Source: Carcharhinus longimanus (Eukaryota). Taken from it: a stretch of DNA of 64,000 bases. Within the stretch, counting starts at the first letter, position 1; each line of letters opens with the position of its first letter. The stretch is taken from the NCBI GenBank assembly GCA_030264375.1, contig JASCQW010000132.1, forward strand, positions 57,981,819-58,045,818, in the 5' to 3' direction. Below are positions 38,501 through 53,500 of the stretch, one piece after another. The translations under genes and the position numbers were made by a program. The notes under the pieces are model-generated. The model searched no databases. It was not told where the DNA came from and worked only from the letters and a program-made list of their open reading frames with translations.

Positions 38501-41500
38501 TCAACCCACAGAATGTGGACTGCAGCAATTCAAGAAGGCAGCTCACCACCACCTTCTCAAGGACAACTAAGGATGGGAATAAATGCTGGCCAGCCAGCAA
38601 CACCCATTTCTCACCAATGAATAAAATAAACTTGACATTCAAGGCACTCCCTTTCCAAAAAGGTCCATTTGGTAATGAGCTGGAGCTAATTTTCCCAATT
38701 TTGTTACGCTTTTGAAGCATATGAACATATGAATCAGACTGGCATACTTTGTCATGAGAAATACATATCAATAAGGCCATATAGTTATACCCTGTCAAGA
38801 TCCATAGAGGAATTGTATGGATTGTAATGGGTATCAATGGGACAATCCTCAGAAAGAAATCCAGATTTAGAATTCCATTGCTTGCAAGCTTCGGATGAAG
38901 AATTAGAATCAACCAGACTGATGTAAATATCACTGCAATCCTTGTTTTTCAGTGCAACAACAGCTGCCAGGAAGAAAATCTGAAAAGGAATTGGGACAGT
39001 GAGGGAAACATTCCTACAATGGTAAATTTAAATCTGTCAGAAGAGAAACTGAATCTCAAAATTATTTCATCCTCACAGATACAGTGAAGAGCACAGAAAA
39101 TGCATTGCTACTTTTCTGCCAGTAGATGTAGCTAATGATTTTTATAACTCCCATTTTAAATGTGAAAACAAAAGTTTACCTATAGCAAAGTTTTATTACT
39201 GTATGCAGATAAAATTATTGCTGAAATGAGTATCATTTGGGGTTATCCTCATCACTCATACATCTATTCAGTGTTTTAATTCAATGTTACCTCTTTAAAT
39301 TAATGCCTAACAATCCTAAATGAGAAGGCACAGGAGGTTGTGTACGTGGGAGCAGGATGTTGCAAAGGAACACAGACAACGTGAGTAGAATTAAACGTTT
39401 TATTTGATCAGGGAGTTCAGTCCTGTGTTTTGCATGGCCTGCACTATGTGGGAATTTATGAATGCTCCGTGCAGTCTGGATGACCACTTTTGCAGGAAGT
39501 GCCACTGGGTTGACCAGCTTGAGAACTGGGCTTTAAAGTTTCATCGTAAGCTGGAGGCACAGTCAGAGAGACAGAATGGGTGACCACCAGTCAGAAACAG
39601 GGGTTGGGAGGTGGGAGGCTGGCAGATAGTCAGGAAAGCCCCAGAGTGCACCTCACTCAAGAACCATTTTTCTGTGGACTGCAAGCAGCTACCTGTCAGA
39701 AGATCCACATCACAGCAGTGGGAGTCAAAAAAGGAAACCGAGAGAGTACAAAGCCAACATGTTTCTGGAAAGTTGAAGAGTGGGACCAAAAAATCCAGTA
39801 CGTTAAGGGATATTTAGGATTGGATAAGGAAAAAAAGGGAGGCTATGGCAGTTACAGGAGGCTGAAATTTGTGGATGCCCCGAGATGAGTATAGAAAGTA
39901 GAGGGTGCTACTTACAAAATAAATTAGGAAAGCGAAGAGGAGCATGAAGAAACACAGGCAAGAAAAATAAGGTAAAATCCCAAAGTGTTTTATAGGTATA
40001 TTAAGGACAAGAGGGTAACCAGGGAGAGAGTAGGGCCTATTAGGGACCAAAGTGGCCACCTGTGTGTGGAGCTGAAAGACATAGGTAAGGTATTAAATGA
40101 GTTTTTTCATCTGCATTCATGATGGAGAAGGACAATGTAGACATAGAAAGCAGGGAGGAGATTTGTGATACGATTGAACAAATTAATATTGAGAGGAAGG
40201 AGATGTTAGTGATTTTAATGGGATTAAAAGTGAATAATACCCAGGCCCAGATGTGATATATCCAAGGCTGTTGTGTGAGACAAGAGAGGAGATTGCAGGG
40301 GCTCTGATGTTAATTATCAAATCCTCTTTGCCATAGGTGAGATGTCCAAGGGCTGGAAGATAACATGGTATCATTATTCAAGAAGGGAAGTCGGAAAAAA
40401 CCATGAAATTATAGGCCAGTGAGCCTAACATCAGTGGTAGGGAAATTATTGGGAAGAATTCTGGGGGACATAAATAATTTCTACTTGGAGAGGCAAGGAT
40501 TGATCAAGGATAGTCAGTATGGCTTCATCAGGGGTTGGGGATCATGTGTAACAAATTTGACTGAACTTTTCAAGGAGATGACTAATTGTGCAGATGATTG
40601 CAATGCAGTTGATGCATTGCCATCATTTACGTACCTAGTCACCTCCTTGAAAGAACTTCAGTACATGGACTTCAGTAAGATTTTCGATAACGTCCCGCAT
40701 GCGAGACTGATCAAGAAGGTAACAGCCCAGGAGATTCAGGGCAATTTGGCAAATTGGCTTAGTGGGAGGAGGCAGAGAATGTTGTTCATAGGTTGTTTTA
40801 TGACTGGAAGCCTGTGTCCAATGAGGTACCACAGGGATCAATGCTGGGTCCCTTGCTGTTTGTAGTGTATATTAATGATCTAGATGTGAATGTGGGGGTA
40901 TGATCAGTAAGTTTGCAGGTGACCTGAAAATTGGTGTGGTAAATAGCGAGAAGGAAAGCCTTGGATTACAGGGTGATATAGACAGGCTGGTTAAATGGAC
41001 AGAACAATAGCAGATGGAATTTAACCCTGAAAAGTGTGAGGAGATGCATTTTGAGAGAATGTAGGGAATAAACAATGAAGAGTAGGAAGTATAAGCAACC
41101 AAAGGGATTTTGTGGTGCATGTCCAAAGGTCCCTGAAGGCAGCAGGCGGTTAAAAAAGGCATATGAGATACTTGATTTTATTAGCCGAGATGTAGAATAT
41201 AAGAGCAGGGTGGTTATGATGGAGTTCTCTAAAATGCCCATTAGATCACAGCTAGAGTACTGTGTACAGTTCAGATTATAGGAAGGATGTGAGTGCACTC
41301 AGAAGGTTGTTGAGGGGATTCAGCATGATGTAGCCTGTGCTGGAGCATTTCATCTATGAAGAGAGGCTGGTTTGGCTGGGGTTGTTCTCATTAGAGCCGA
41401 GAAGGCTGAGGGGTATCCCGATCCAGGGTACCAAATTATGAAGGACATACGGTAGATAGGAAGAAACTTTTCCCTTTAGTAGAGAGGTCAATAACTAGGG

Positions 41501-44500
41501 CCATGGATTTAAGGTAATGGGCTGGAGGTTTAGAGGGGAATTGGATGAAAATCTTTTTCTCCCAGAAGGTAGTTAGAATTTGGAACACACTGCCTGAAAG
41601 GATTGGAACCCTCATAGCATTTAATAAATATTTTGATGTGCACCTGATACACCATAGTATACAAGACTAAAGATCAAGTGCTGGAAAATGCCATTAGAAT
41701 GACTGGTGCAGGCACAATGGGCTGAAGAGCCTCGTTCTGTTCTATATAACTTGATAGAGCAGACGCAGCACGGTTTCGTTAAGGGGAAGTCGTGTCTGAC
41801 AAATTTATTGGAGTTCTATGAGGATNNNNNNNNNNNNNNNNNNNNNNNNNNNNNNNNNNNNNNNNNNNNNNNNNNNNNNNNNNNNNNNNNNNNNNNNNNN
41901 NNNNNNNNNNNNNNNNNNNNNNNNNATCTTATTGAATGGCAGGACAGGCTCGAAGGGCTAGATGGCCTACTCCTGCTCCTATTTCTTATGTTCTTATGTT
42001 CTTATAACTCTGACTCTATAAGATGGATCAATAAAAGTCAGAAAATAAATGGTGAGGGACGAGAGGTTATGGAGGAGCAGAGACTAAAGTGATTGGATAC
42101 ATAAACCAGTAAAGCCTTGTGCATAAGCACAAGCAATCAAAAAGGCTCATGAAAGGCTGGTCCTTGTCTCAGAGAAGTAGGAATTTAAAAATGAGGAAGT
42201 GATGCTCAGATGTACAGTGTTTTCATCAGATCCCTCCTGGAATATGGCTTTCAATTTTGGCATCAATCCTCAGGATAAACATACTGCTCTCAGAGGGTTA
42301 AATGCGCAGTCATTAGATTAATAGTACCAGGCTTAAAAGTTAAATTAAGAGAAGACATCCCTTTAGTTCAGACAGTTCTGAGGTGCTGTAATTAAGAGGT
42401 TTAAAATGATAAAAAGGAATTTGTGGGATAGAAACAGAGAAACATTTTTTTCAAGTGGAGGAATTCAAAAAAAGAGACACTTTTTAAAATCAGAGCTCGA
42501 TGATTTAGGAGTGAAATTAGAGAGCACTTCTTCAGACAACAAGTTTAGAAGCCTGTCACTGTCTCTCCCAAAAGGATTGCAGATATCAAATTAATTGAAA
42601 AAGTCAAATCAAAGAGGAAAAGATTTTTGTTGAATAAGAAGAATATTAAGGAATATGGAACAAAGTCTTGTGAATAGAATTGAGAAACATATTAGGTGTA
42701 ATCTGAATGAATGACCAAGTAACCTTTAGGGTCAAATGGCATACTCTTGTTCCTACGGTGAAGGGAGAAAGCTAATAACCTGTTAGGATCATCCCCTATA
42801 CTCTATTTATGAAAGATAAATGGGTGAACCATGTCTAAAAACATTGCACTTTGTATTTTATGTAGAATAGTTAGTTAATTAATTAGTTAGTTAGTTAATT
42901 CAGTTGCCTAGAAACAGAATGATGTATATAGCATTGATTCAATCCCCCCAAACCAATAGTGATTGTTCATAGAGACCTGCCATCTTGATTTGCCCAAATC
43001 AATATCACCAATTGTCTCTCTCCAATGGAGAGAGGTGCCTATGGTCCTTCATCGATAACAGTTAATTAACATTTACTAATTGCAAAAATTCTTTCAAATC
43101 TTTTTTGTTGCCCACTGGGAAAGTGCAGGACAACAATGATTTTATCGGGGGGCTGAGAACGATAAGATAGAGCTGTCATGTTAAAATTGCAGCAGCATCA
43201 GTGACCTGAAGAACCTGCATCTGTCTCTGTGTTTTTTACTTTGGAGGAGAATAAGTAGACAACTGTAGCAGGATTGCAGGTCGACTGATCATACTTACAG
43301 CAATAGGCTGGATGACAAAGATGCAGTATAGAAGGGAGAAGAACAGTGAATGTAACCACAGTATAGATTTGGTTGGTCCAAACCTGAAATTAATAAGAAA
43401 GATTGCCACTGTATTACTTTATTTTTTAAAAATAGAGTTAAAATAATTGGAAACACTACATACAAACTGCAGTTCTTCTTACCGTAGTCCTAACAGGCCT
43501 GTTACCAATATGCACACCAAAGCAATCAAAAGGCAGATCACCCATGCCAGATAGTTGCACCAATTTGGTAGAAAATGTCTGGTTCTATTCATCACGGGCT
43601 GTTCAAACAAACTGCTGTGTTCTGCAAATATTAAAAAAGTTATCTGACAGATTACAGTCAGAATTTGGTTTCTAATAGTTAACTTAAATACAGGATGGAA
43701 ATTGATGTGGATCTTGTGATCTGTCAGAATGAGATACTACACATTAGAGGAGAGTGCTAACTTTGTACTTTCCAATGGGCAGATAAATCAGAGAGTGCCA
43801 GCTACTTCCAATCAGCAAAGAAGACAAATTCCAGAATGTCTGGGAGAAATTCAGTTTGCACAAAATTCTTGTAATGTGAGTGCTTAGTACAGAGAGATGC
43901 AGAAAGTTGTAGAGAAACAAATACTATTTTTAAATTGTGGAAATGAGAGAAACCTCTACAGAGGAAACGCATGTTTACAGAAGACCCCCTGCTAAATTAA
44001 CAGTAAAATGTCAATTGTGGCAATTATAAATCTTATATGGCCACAGTTAATTGAATGCAGCACATTAACATTAGTTTGTGGTCATTAATCCCAATGCTCA
44101 TTAGCAATTTAATGTAGTCCCTTAACTTTTCTTCCCCCTACCTGACGAATAATCTGATCGCCGGTCGCTGGAGCTGGGTTTGGAATCCTTCACTACTGGC
44201 TTGGCATTTTCCTGCGAACTGCAGTCCTCAAACCCACTTGAACTGCCTTCAGACAAGCAATTTCCATCTTTCTTGTTGCTCATTTCACTGTAGTGTTCTG
44301 AGTGAATGCTGGGTGACCGTGGCTCCAGTAAACCTCGCTGAGGAAAGGCAAGCACGTATCGACAATGAATCAATTGAGCGATTCACATCCTTGTTTTCAG
44401 ATGCTTACATGTCTACACCATTCCATACATCTACATAATCCTGCAGCCCTATGTCTTTGTATTCATTCAATTCTTGCACATCCTTGATTTTCAAAGATGA

Positions 44501-47500
44501 CAAAAGGTGAGTGGGAATGCAAACTGCATGGAGGACACAAAGTCTGCAGAGAGATCTGGATAGGTTAAGTGAGTGGGCAAGGATCTGGCAGATGGAGTAT
44601 AACGTTGGCAAGTGTGAGGTAATCCACTTTGGAAGGAATAATAGTAAAATGAACTATTATTTAAATGGTGAAAGATTACATCAAGCTACAGTGCAGAGGG
44701 AGCAGGGATCCTTGTGCATGAATCGCAAAAACCCAGTCTGCAGGTGCAGCAGGTGATCAAGAAGGCGAATGGAATGTTGGCCTTTNNNNNNNNNNNNNNN
44801 NNNNNNNNNNNNNNNNNNNNNNNNNNNNNNNNNNNNNNNNNNNNNNNNNNNNNNNNNNNNNNNNNNNNNNNNNNNNNNNNNNNNNNNNNNNNNNNNNNNN
44901 NNNNNNNNNNNNNNNNNNNNNNNNNNNNNNNNNNNNNNNNNNNNNNNNNNNNNNNNNNNNNNNNNNNNNNNNNNNNNNNNNNNNNNNNNNNNNNNNNNNN
45001 NNNNNNNNNNNNNNNNNNNNNNNNNNNNNNNNNNNNNNNNNNNNNNNNNNNNNNNNNNNNNNNNNNNNNNNNNNNNNNNNNNNNNNNNNNNNNNNNNNNN
45101 NNNNNNNNNNNNNNNNNNNNNNNNNNNNNNNNNNNNNNNNNNNNNNNNNNNNNNNNNNNNNNNNNNNNNNNNNNNNNNNNNNNNNNNNNNNNNNNNNNNN
45201 NNNNNNNNNNNNNNNNNNNNNNNNNNNNNNNNNNNNNNNNNNNNNNNNNNNNNNNNNNNNNNNNNNNNNNNNNNNNNNNNATTAAGGGTTATGGGGATCA
45301 GGCAGGTAAGTGGAACTGAACCACAATCAGATCAGCCATGATCTTATTGAATGGCGGGGCAGGCTCAAGGGGCTAGATGGCTCCTATTTCTTATGTTCAA
45401 AATCCTGCCAGTAGCTGCCAGGTGCTAAACTCTGGAATTCCATTCCTAATTTCTTCTGCCTCTTTCCTCCTTAAAACCAAGTTTTTGCTCACCTCTTTAT
45501 AAATTTCTGTGTCAAGTTATGTTTAGTAAGATTCAACTGGGAGGGGAGTGAATTCTATGTGATGCCACTACACCAATGCAAGTTGTTGTTCCTTCATCAT
45601 CTTGAGCAGACTCAGATGATTTTTTTTCTGTAACATGATGCTTACCTCATATTTTTTCCTCCACACTTCCTGTGCCCATTGCTGCAGATTCTGCCAGGAC
45701 AGATACGATTCAAAGGCACTGTCTGAGGCCAGCAGAGCATCCCGATGAGCTGAAGAATTATTGTAGGAACAGAAAGTAATTTAAAGTATCTAAAGTGGCA
45801 AATGTTATTGTACGATGTAATTTGTTCTTTGCATATGTTGTGTAGAGTTGCAGATTATTCACTGAACAGGTCACAACATTACCCAGAATCTCACTGAGTT
45901 ACGCTCAAAGGTGAATAGTGGGATGGGGAGAGAAGTGATCCAGTCATCAGTTTTCCTTGCTCTCAGATGCAAGTATGCAGTCTCTGATTTGCATCTTCGC
46001 AGCACATTATATTGCCCATATAAACTGCTCAAGTTGTAATCCTCAAGCCTTCCTGCTCTTGACGTGTTTGGTGGAGGTGAGGTTCCCACCTCACATCTTC
46101 CTGCCTGACCTAATGCCTCTGCCTCCCTTCTACCCACCACTGTTCCTGCAACCTCTGAATTCGCCTTTGATTGCACACTTATCAGTAACTTTCAAAAGGA
46201 AGTTACATAAATACTTGAAGGGAAGAAAATGCAGGGATACAGGGTAGAATCAAGGCACTTAGGCAGAGTAGATAATTCTCTCAAAAAGATTGCAAGGGCT
46301 GAATGGCTTCCTTCTGTGTCGGAAGATTTTGATTGTGACTCTTTTAGTGTGATATCTTTTGTTTGATAACCACTCCGTGAAGTGCTTTAAAAGATTGTAC
46401 ACGTTGAAGGTGTTAAATAAATACACATAAATCCCTACATTATAGAAGGAGGCCATTTGGCCCATTGAGTCTACACCATACCACAATCCCATCCATGCCC
46501 TATTCCTGTAATCCTCATTTACCCTATTAATCTACCTAAGGTCAATTTACCATGGCTAATCAACCTAACCCACACATCTTTGGACTGTGGGAGGAAACCC
46601 ACGCAGACACAGGGATAATGTGCAAACTCTAGACAGTGACCCGAGGCTGGAATTGAACCCGGGACCCTGGTGCTGTGAGGCACCAGTGCTAACCACTATG
46701 TCAATGTGCCATAACTACTGAGTTAGTTCTCCCTCCCTAGCACCTTTCCCAACTCCTTCACTTTGTGTGATGTGAATGTCACTTGCCACTTGTCAGCCAA
46801 GTTGAATTGATCAGGATGAGGTCAAGGAAAAGCTGTTTCGTAATTGTTCTGTGGCGTCTTTAGGAGCATGGTGGCTTGTTCAGACACCACAAAATAAAAA
46901 CCTTGCAAAAGATTTTAGGCTTCTATTGCATGGTCCCCAACAGTCTCTTCGAGGTTATTAAATTTAGACCCCCTTATATTCACAACTGAAAAGATCTTCT
47001 CAGTTTTTCTTTTCACTCTGGGAAAACTCAATTCCTTGGCTGATGGTTGGAACTACATTAAAACTGATTCTATTTTACCTTCAACAGAATATACATTGGA
47101 TTCTCTTGTGGTCACATATCGTTCTTCAACAGAAGCTTCCCTCAGCAACTTTACCTAACACAAATAAAATATATGAAGTGGTAAATCATGCATGTGCCTA
47201 GAGTTTAAGCTGTTTTGTAATAGTGTTACCAGTGCAATTTGTCTCCACAGAAGACTGGAGAATCTGAAGTTTTTTAAATTTAAATTTAATTTTTTTAAAT
47301 TTTAAATTTCTGCAGTCTTCAAAGCTGGTTTTAAAAAAGCCAGTTCTCCCCCACTACACCAAACAAAACTGACCACAACCCCAAAAAAACTAATGGACAT
47401 GGCAGATTTCTGCTTATGGTGTCTGTGTGAGGAAGTTCTTCAAATTCAAGATTTTTTCTTAGTCATGTTTCAAAAGATATTACGTGGTGCAAAATATTTC

Positions 47501-50500
47501 ATACATGGCTCAATATAGTTTTTAAACATTATTTTAGGTGATTTAACATCATAACACTCAATAAAATGTTTCTTTGTGATAATCTCATCTTCAGATGTAT
47601 TAATACCACACTTAAGAGTTCCTTAATATGGGGAAATCTTTATTATCCAGAAGTGGGGAATGGTTGATGCCAGTTTACCAAAACACTGGTTAACAGAGTT
47701 CCAATTACCACTAGCATACAACACAATACTTAGAACATAAACTCATGAGCAGTGCTCAGGAAGTACAGGACAATATTTTGATTTCAACAGTACATTAAAA
47801 CATAAATTAAAGTATAAAATTATACAGTACACAGGTATAAGTTCAGGAAAACTTTGTAACCACTTCCAGTTAGAAAAGTAATGATGGGGTAAACTCCGGT
47901 TAGTGGAGATTTCCAGTTGATAAAGTACAAAATAAAACAAAGTTTACTGTATATTTGTAAATATCTTTTAATGCAAGGGAGCCCAGTTTTGCTGGTTCAT
48001 GGAACTTTTATAATTGTGAACATTTAACTAAGTTTTAATGGAAAAATTAAATTCACTTCTAAAAAATTCAGCCCAATTGCAAGCACATTTTGAATCCAAA
48101 ATGAAAAGTCAACACCATTCGCATGAAGTATTTATTAACTGACCTTGTTGAAATGTATTTTAATGCATGAAGAACACTAATTAAAAAGGATACTGCAATG
48201 TCTGATCTCACCTTGCTGAACCTGAATAACAATGACACCAGCAGTACAATTGGCAGAACTACCACAGTCGTAATCAAGCCAGTAATTAGAGAGGCCGTGG
48301 AGACATCGATAAGACCCAGTTCAACTGTATACTGAGGGAAAAGAAGAAAAAAAAATCATTAAGGAATATAAATGAGAAAAAGAGAAGCATTTTTGTCTGG
48401 TACAGTTTAAGAAATTAGATACAGAAAAGTTGGGCCTATGAAGCACCTCAATATTCATGGCTGATCATGTCACATGTTTAGAAGTTTCAATTTAAAGATA
48501 AATTGGAAATGTTTTTTAAAAAAACAATTAGTTGTGCATTTGTGCACAGGTGAGTATGGACCCTAGGGGAAAGAGACATGCCCAGGCAGTACTCTAGCAC
48601 TGCCCCCTCGCATGCTGGTACTGCCCCTTTAAAAGTGGTGGCCGCATCGCGGGATTCTTGGCTGCTGCCTTTTTCTGGCCCCGCCGTGCCAGCGTGATGA
48701 CTTGGGCCACAACTTCAGATCTTTTTCTGCACAGTGTGCTGGATGATTGATAAGAAAAGCGTTTTCCTTGCCTCAGGCAGCACGCTGCATTGAGAATGGA
48801 AATTTCCACCCACAGATAAAAATCTTTCAATCTTCATTGAACACAGGAGTAGTACTGGAAGACTGCAGGGTTACTAATGTCATACTACTGTTCAAGAAGG
48901 TTTTGTAGCACAGTGGTGGCATTCCTATCTCTGGACCTGAAGCTCTGGGTTCAAATCCAACACCAGGACTTGTTGATCATAGAAGGAACGTTGAAACACA
49001 GTTCAATGGGCTGATAATCAGCTCAGGCCTCCTGGCATCACTTCACCCCACTATTCACCAAAAGGGAAGTGTGTGTGTGTTTGTGTGTGAGTGATAAGAT
49101 ATGCAAAACAAATTGTCTATGGCTAATTTGATTGAATACTTTGATGAGGTTGCTCAGGTAGCAGATGTATATATTGAATTTCAGAACGCATTTGGCAAAA
49201 TGTCACAAAGAGGGCTTATTCAACAGATCAATTCCCATTGAATTAAAGGGAAAGTGGTGTTATGAATACGGAATTAGTTCAGCAAAGGGTGGCGGTGGAT
49301 GGACGTTTTTCAGACTGGTAGGTAGTTTGAGGGTTAATTTTGGATTTCTTATACTTTTCCAATTTAATAAACAGCCTAGACTCAAGTGCAAAGAGGCAGC
49401 ATTATGAAGTTGAGAATGATACGAACATGGCAACATAGATGTCATGTCATGATGAGGATAGTTATAAGCTTTAGGATGGCATAGGCAGTATAATGAAATG
49501 ATAAGGGCCATGATAGATGGAGTTCAATGTGGAGAAGTGTAAAGTGATGCACTTTGGGAGAACTGATAAGGAAAATCAGAATATTATAAATGGCACAATT
49601 TTGAAAAGTAAACTTTTTTTTAATTAGTCACAAATAGGCTTATATTAACACTGTAATGAAGTCATTGTGAAAGTCCTCTAATCGCCACACTCCAGCTCCT
49701 GTTCAGGTACACTGAGGGAAAGTTCAGCACAGATGCACCTAACCAGCATGTCTTTGGGACTTTGGAAAGAGACCAAAGCACACACATGAAACTATCACAG
49801 ACATGAGGAGAACATGCAGACTCTGCACNNNNNNNNNNNNNNNNNNNNNNNNNNNNNNNNNNNNNNNNNNNNNNNNNNNNNNNNNNNNNNNNNNNNNNNN
49901 NNNNNNNNNNNNNNNNNNNNNNNNNNNNAAGCACCCACATGAAACTATCACAGACATGAGGAGAACATGCAGACTCTGCACAGCCAGTGACCCATGCTGG
50001 GAATTGATCCTGACTCCCTGGCGCTGTGAGACAGCAGTGCTAACCACTGTGCCACCCATCACAAGTGGTCACAAGAATCCTTGGTGTTCATGTACACAAA
50101 TCCTTAAAGGTAACAGGGCTAGGTGGCTGAAATTTGTAGGGGTTACTTGGAATTAGTAGAAGCACAGAAAATAAAAGCAAAGAGATCATGCTAGAACTTT
50201 ATAAAGCATTGACTCAGGTGGAGTCATGTGAACAATTTTGGACATGACACTTCAGAAAATCTGTAAAGACCCAAAATAAAGGTCCAGGGGAGGTTTCCCA
50301 AGATAGTAGCAGGGACAAGGGACTCCAGTTATGAGATGAGGTTGAAAATGTGATGATTGTTCTCCTTGAAATTAATTATTTCAGTGCTTTGCCTTGCAAA
50401 AATAAGAAGTAGTCTTAAATGCAAAGATACAGTGAGAGAGAGACAGAGACAAGACAGAGAGGCGGTCGGGGTTGAGGGAGGAGGGGGTTGCAGGGGGAAT

Positions 50501-53500
50501 GAGAGAGAAATAGACAAGTTATATAATTTTGTGGATGAGGAGGAAAAACCCACCAAGCAATGACAATTCCACACTCTGTACTTTAGTGCAGTAATGACAA
50601 CCATTAGTTATTTTCATTTTATCCAAAGATCATGAAATTTATTAACTTTTGCTAAATTCACAATGTATCATTACTATTACTCAGTTACTTTTAACAGTTT
50701 AATATATGTTTAATCTATGATTGCATGATTCTTTGATGATTCAATGTTCTTGGGTTTTAAAACCAGAGTCACAGTCAGGTAAAATGTTATCCAGGTTCCT
50801 TTAGAATTATGGAAGATAACCTCAAAAAGCTAAAGTTAACGTGATGAGGTCTCTGTGTCAACCCCCTTGAGCTACCAATTGATCAAGATATTGTGTGTAT
50901 AAACATTCTCTGGAATAAGGCAAGTGTGGACACACCCAAGAAGAGTCCTGAATCCAAAAAAATTAACTGTAATAAAATGGGGCCAAAACAACAATGATAT
51001 AATCATTAATTTCTCATACGTAACCAGTACTGCCAAAACCCCAAAATAGAAGAATCATTAAGTTCTAATGATAAGCTGTTTTGCAGGAACAAGATCCTTT
51101 TCAGTTTCATGCTATGAAAAATAAAATGACTTTGTGGCCAATAACGTATTTAAATCCTGAAATAAATAGCCAAGGAGATTTGAATCTTGATTTGTCATCA
51201 GACTGTCAGAGATAAAATAGCAAATTAATATTTAATTATTTCTTTGCATGCTCAGTTACAGTATCTGAGCTACCTCAGGGAAATAAAATACTTCTATTTT
51301 TAAACTCCCAAATGACAATTGGATGATGCAAATCCACTTGATGCAAATGTGAGGTTATCCACTTTGGAAGAAATAATAGTAGGATGAAATTTTACTTAAA
51401 TGGTGAAATGTTGCAGCATGCTACTATGCAGAGCGACCTCGGGATCCTTGTGCACGAATCGCAAAAACCCAGTCTGCAGGTGCAGCAGGTGATCAAGAAG
51501 GCAAATGGAATGTTGGCCTTTNNNNNNNNNNNNNNNNNNNNNNNNNNNNNNNNNNNNNNNNNNNNNNNNNNNNNNNNNNNNNNNNNNNNNNNNNNNNNNN
51601 NNNNNNNNNNNNNNNNNNNNNNNNNNNNNNNNNNNNNNNNNNNNNNNNNNNNNNNNNNNNNNNNNNNNNNNNNNNNNNNNNNNNNNNNNNNNNNNNNNNN
51701 NNNNNNNNNNNNNNNNNNNNNNNNNNNNNNNNNNNNNNNNNNNNNNNNNNNNNNNNNNNNNNNNNNNNNNNNNNACAGTCAGAAAGACGTGCTGGTTAGG
51801 TGCATTGGCCATGCTAAATTTTCCCTCAGTATACTCAAAAAGGAGCCCAAGTATGGTGACTCGAGGATTTCCACAGTAACTTCAATGCACTGTTACTGTA
51901 AGCCTACTTGTAACAATAAAATAAATTATAAAAACTGAACTGAAGGCCAGCATTCAATCAATTCACTTTACATCAATGTAATATCACAGGGAAAGACTAA
52001 TATTTCCTTGCTATATTCCAGCACTTAAAAACAAAGCACTGCTAATGCCAGACCTTGGCGTACAAGTACAACTTCAAAATGTGCAGATATAAACTTGGAA
52101 GTACTATGAAGAGGATAAAGTAAGACTTCAAAAAGGTCCTGCACAGGTGGGTGGAGAAAGGAGCAGACAAGTGGCAAGTTAAATTTAGTGCAGAGAAGTA
52201 TGAAGTAATTCATTTTGATTGGAAGAAGGCAGATAAACAATGTAAAGGGTTCAATTCTAAAATGGGCAGAGAAGCTGGGGGACCCATGTGAAAATATGCA
52301 TAAATCATTGAAGACAGCAGGACAAGTTGAAGGCATTCAGCACCTGAGCTTTATAAAAGGGGCATAGAGAGAAAAAGAGAGTTACATTAAGTGAAACTCA
52401 AAGCTGCAAATTGATAATGTTAACTTTCAATTATGAAATTTCAGCTACCAACATGACAAAAAAATGGACATCCTTGAAATTGCATTATGAAATATGTAAA
52501 TTTGGAATCATAGATGAGTAAATAGGGAGAAGCTGTTTCCATTGGTGGAAGTATCAAGAACCAGAGGGCATAAATCTAAGATTGTTGGCAAAAGAAGCAC
52601 TGGCAACAAGAGGAAAAGTTTTTTCACGCAGCAAGTGGTGAGGAGCTGGAATGCACTGCCTGAGGATGTGCTGGAAGCAGATTCAATCCAGGCATTCAAA
52701 AAAGGTATTGGGTAATTATTTGAAAAGGAAGAATGTGGAGTGGCATTATGTGAATTGCTCCTTCGGAGGTCCAGATTACATGACGGGCCATATGGCCTCC
52801 TCTGCTGCCTAACCATTCTATGACTTTATGGCTGTAAATGTCTGCTGCACTTTTGCTTTGTATGACAATTTGAAATTGTATATCACAATTTCCATGCTGA
52901 TTTTCAGGAAACAGCCATTTCTCCCCTCAAAATAGAAACCTACATTTAAAATAAGTGCTTAACATTGCCTGTATGGCACTTTTCAATAAAAAGGAGGAAT
53001 TCCTCATTGTTGACATACTTTTAAAACTCTCAAACACACAAAGTGATCATGGTTAACACCAAACTAACAGAGGATTCTAAATCTACATACTGCATAATGC
53101 AACTTTGAGAGTGTCCAATTTTTGTCGCAGTAATAGCTTGAAATTTAATTTCAACATTTCACAGCTGTGTTTACACCTAATCGACCTGTCCAAGAACACT
53201 CATTTTATACCACAGCCATAACGGGATCAAAATTTTATTCTGGTATTTACTATTGATTGTCCTCTAAAATATAGAATTTCTGAAACCCTTATTTCAGATC
53301 ACTAGTTGATCAGTGAGTTTGCATAAACCAGTGAGAGAGAGACTGCAGCTGGAATGAGAATCAGCCAGAGTGAGAGTAGTGGGAATTTGGAGCTGAGTGG
53401 GAATTCGGTGCTGAGAAGAAAGAGGTGCTCATTTTCAGGAGAAGCAGAGAGGTGGACCTGTGAGGGAGACTCAAGGGCAAGTGAGAGATAGAAAGAAATC

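Noticed and set aside
47250-47320. Short inverted repeat gaagactggaga/tctgcagtcttc around an AT-rich tract near an acceptor site
   Set aside because: Only 11 of 12 bp in low-complexity DNA; no support for function.
44785-51521. Two gaps starting at the identical sequence ggaatgttggccttt
   Set aside because: Assembly breaks in a young high-copy CR1 subfamily, not a duplication or a site-specific system.
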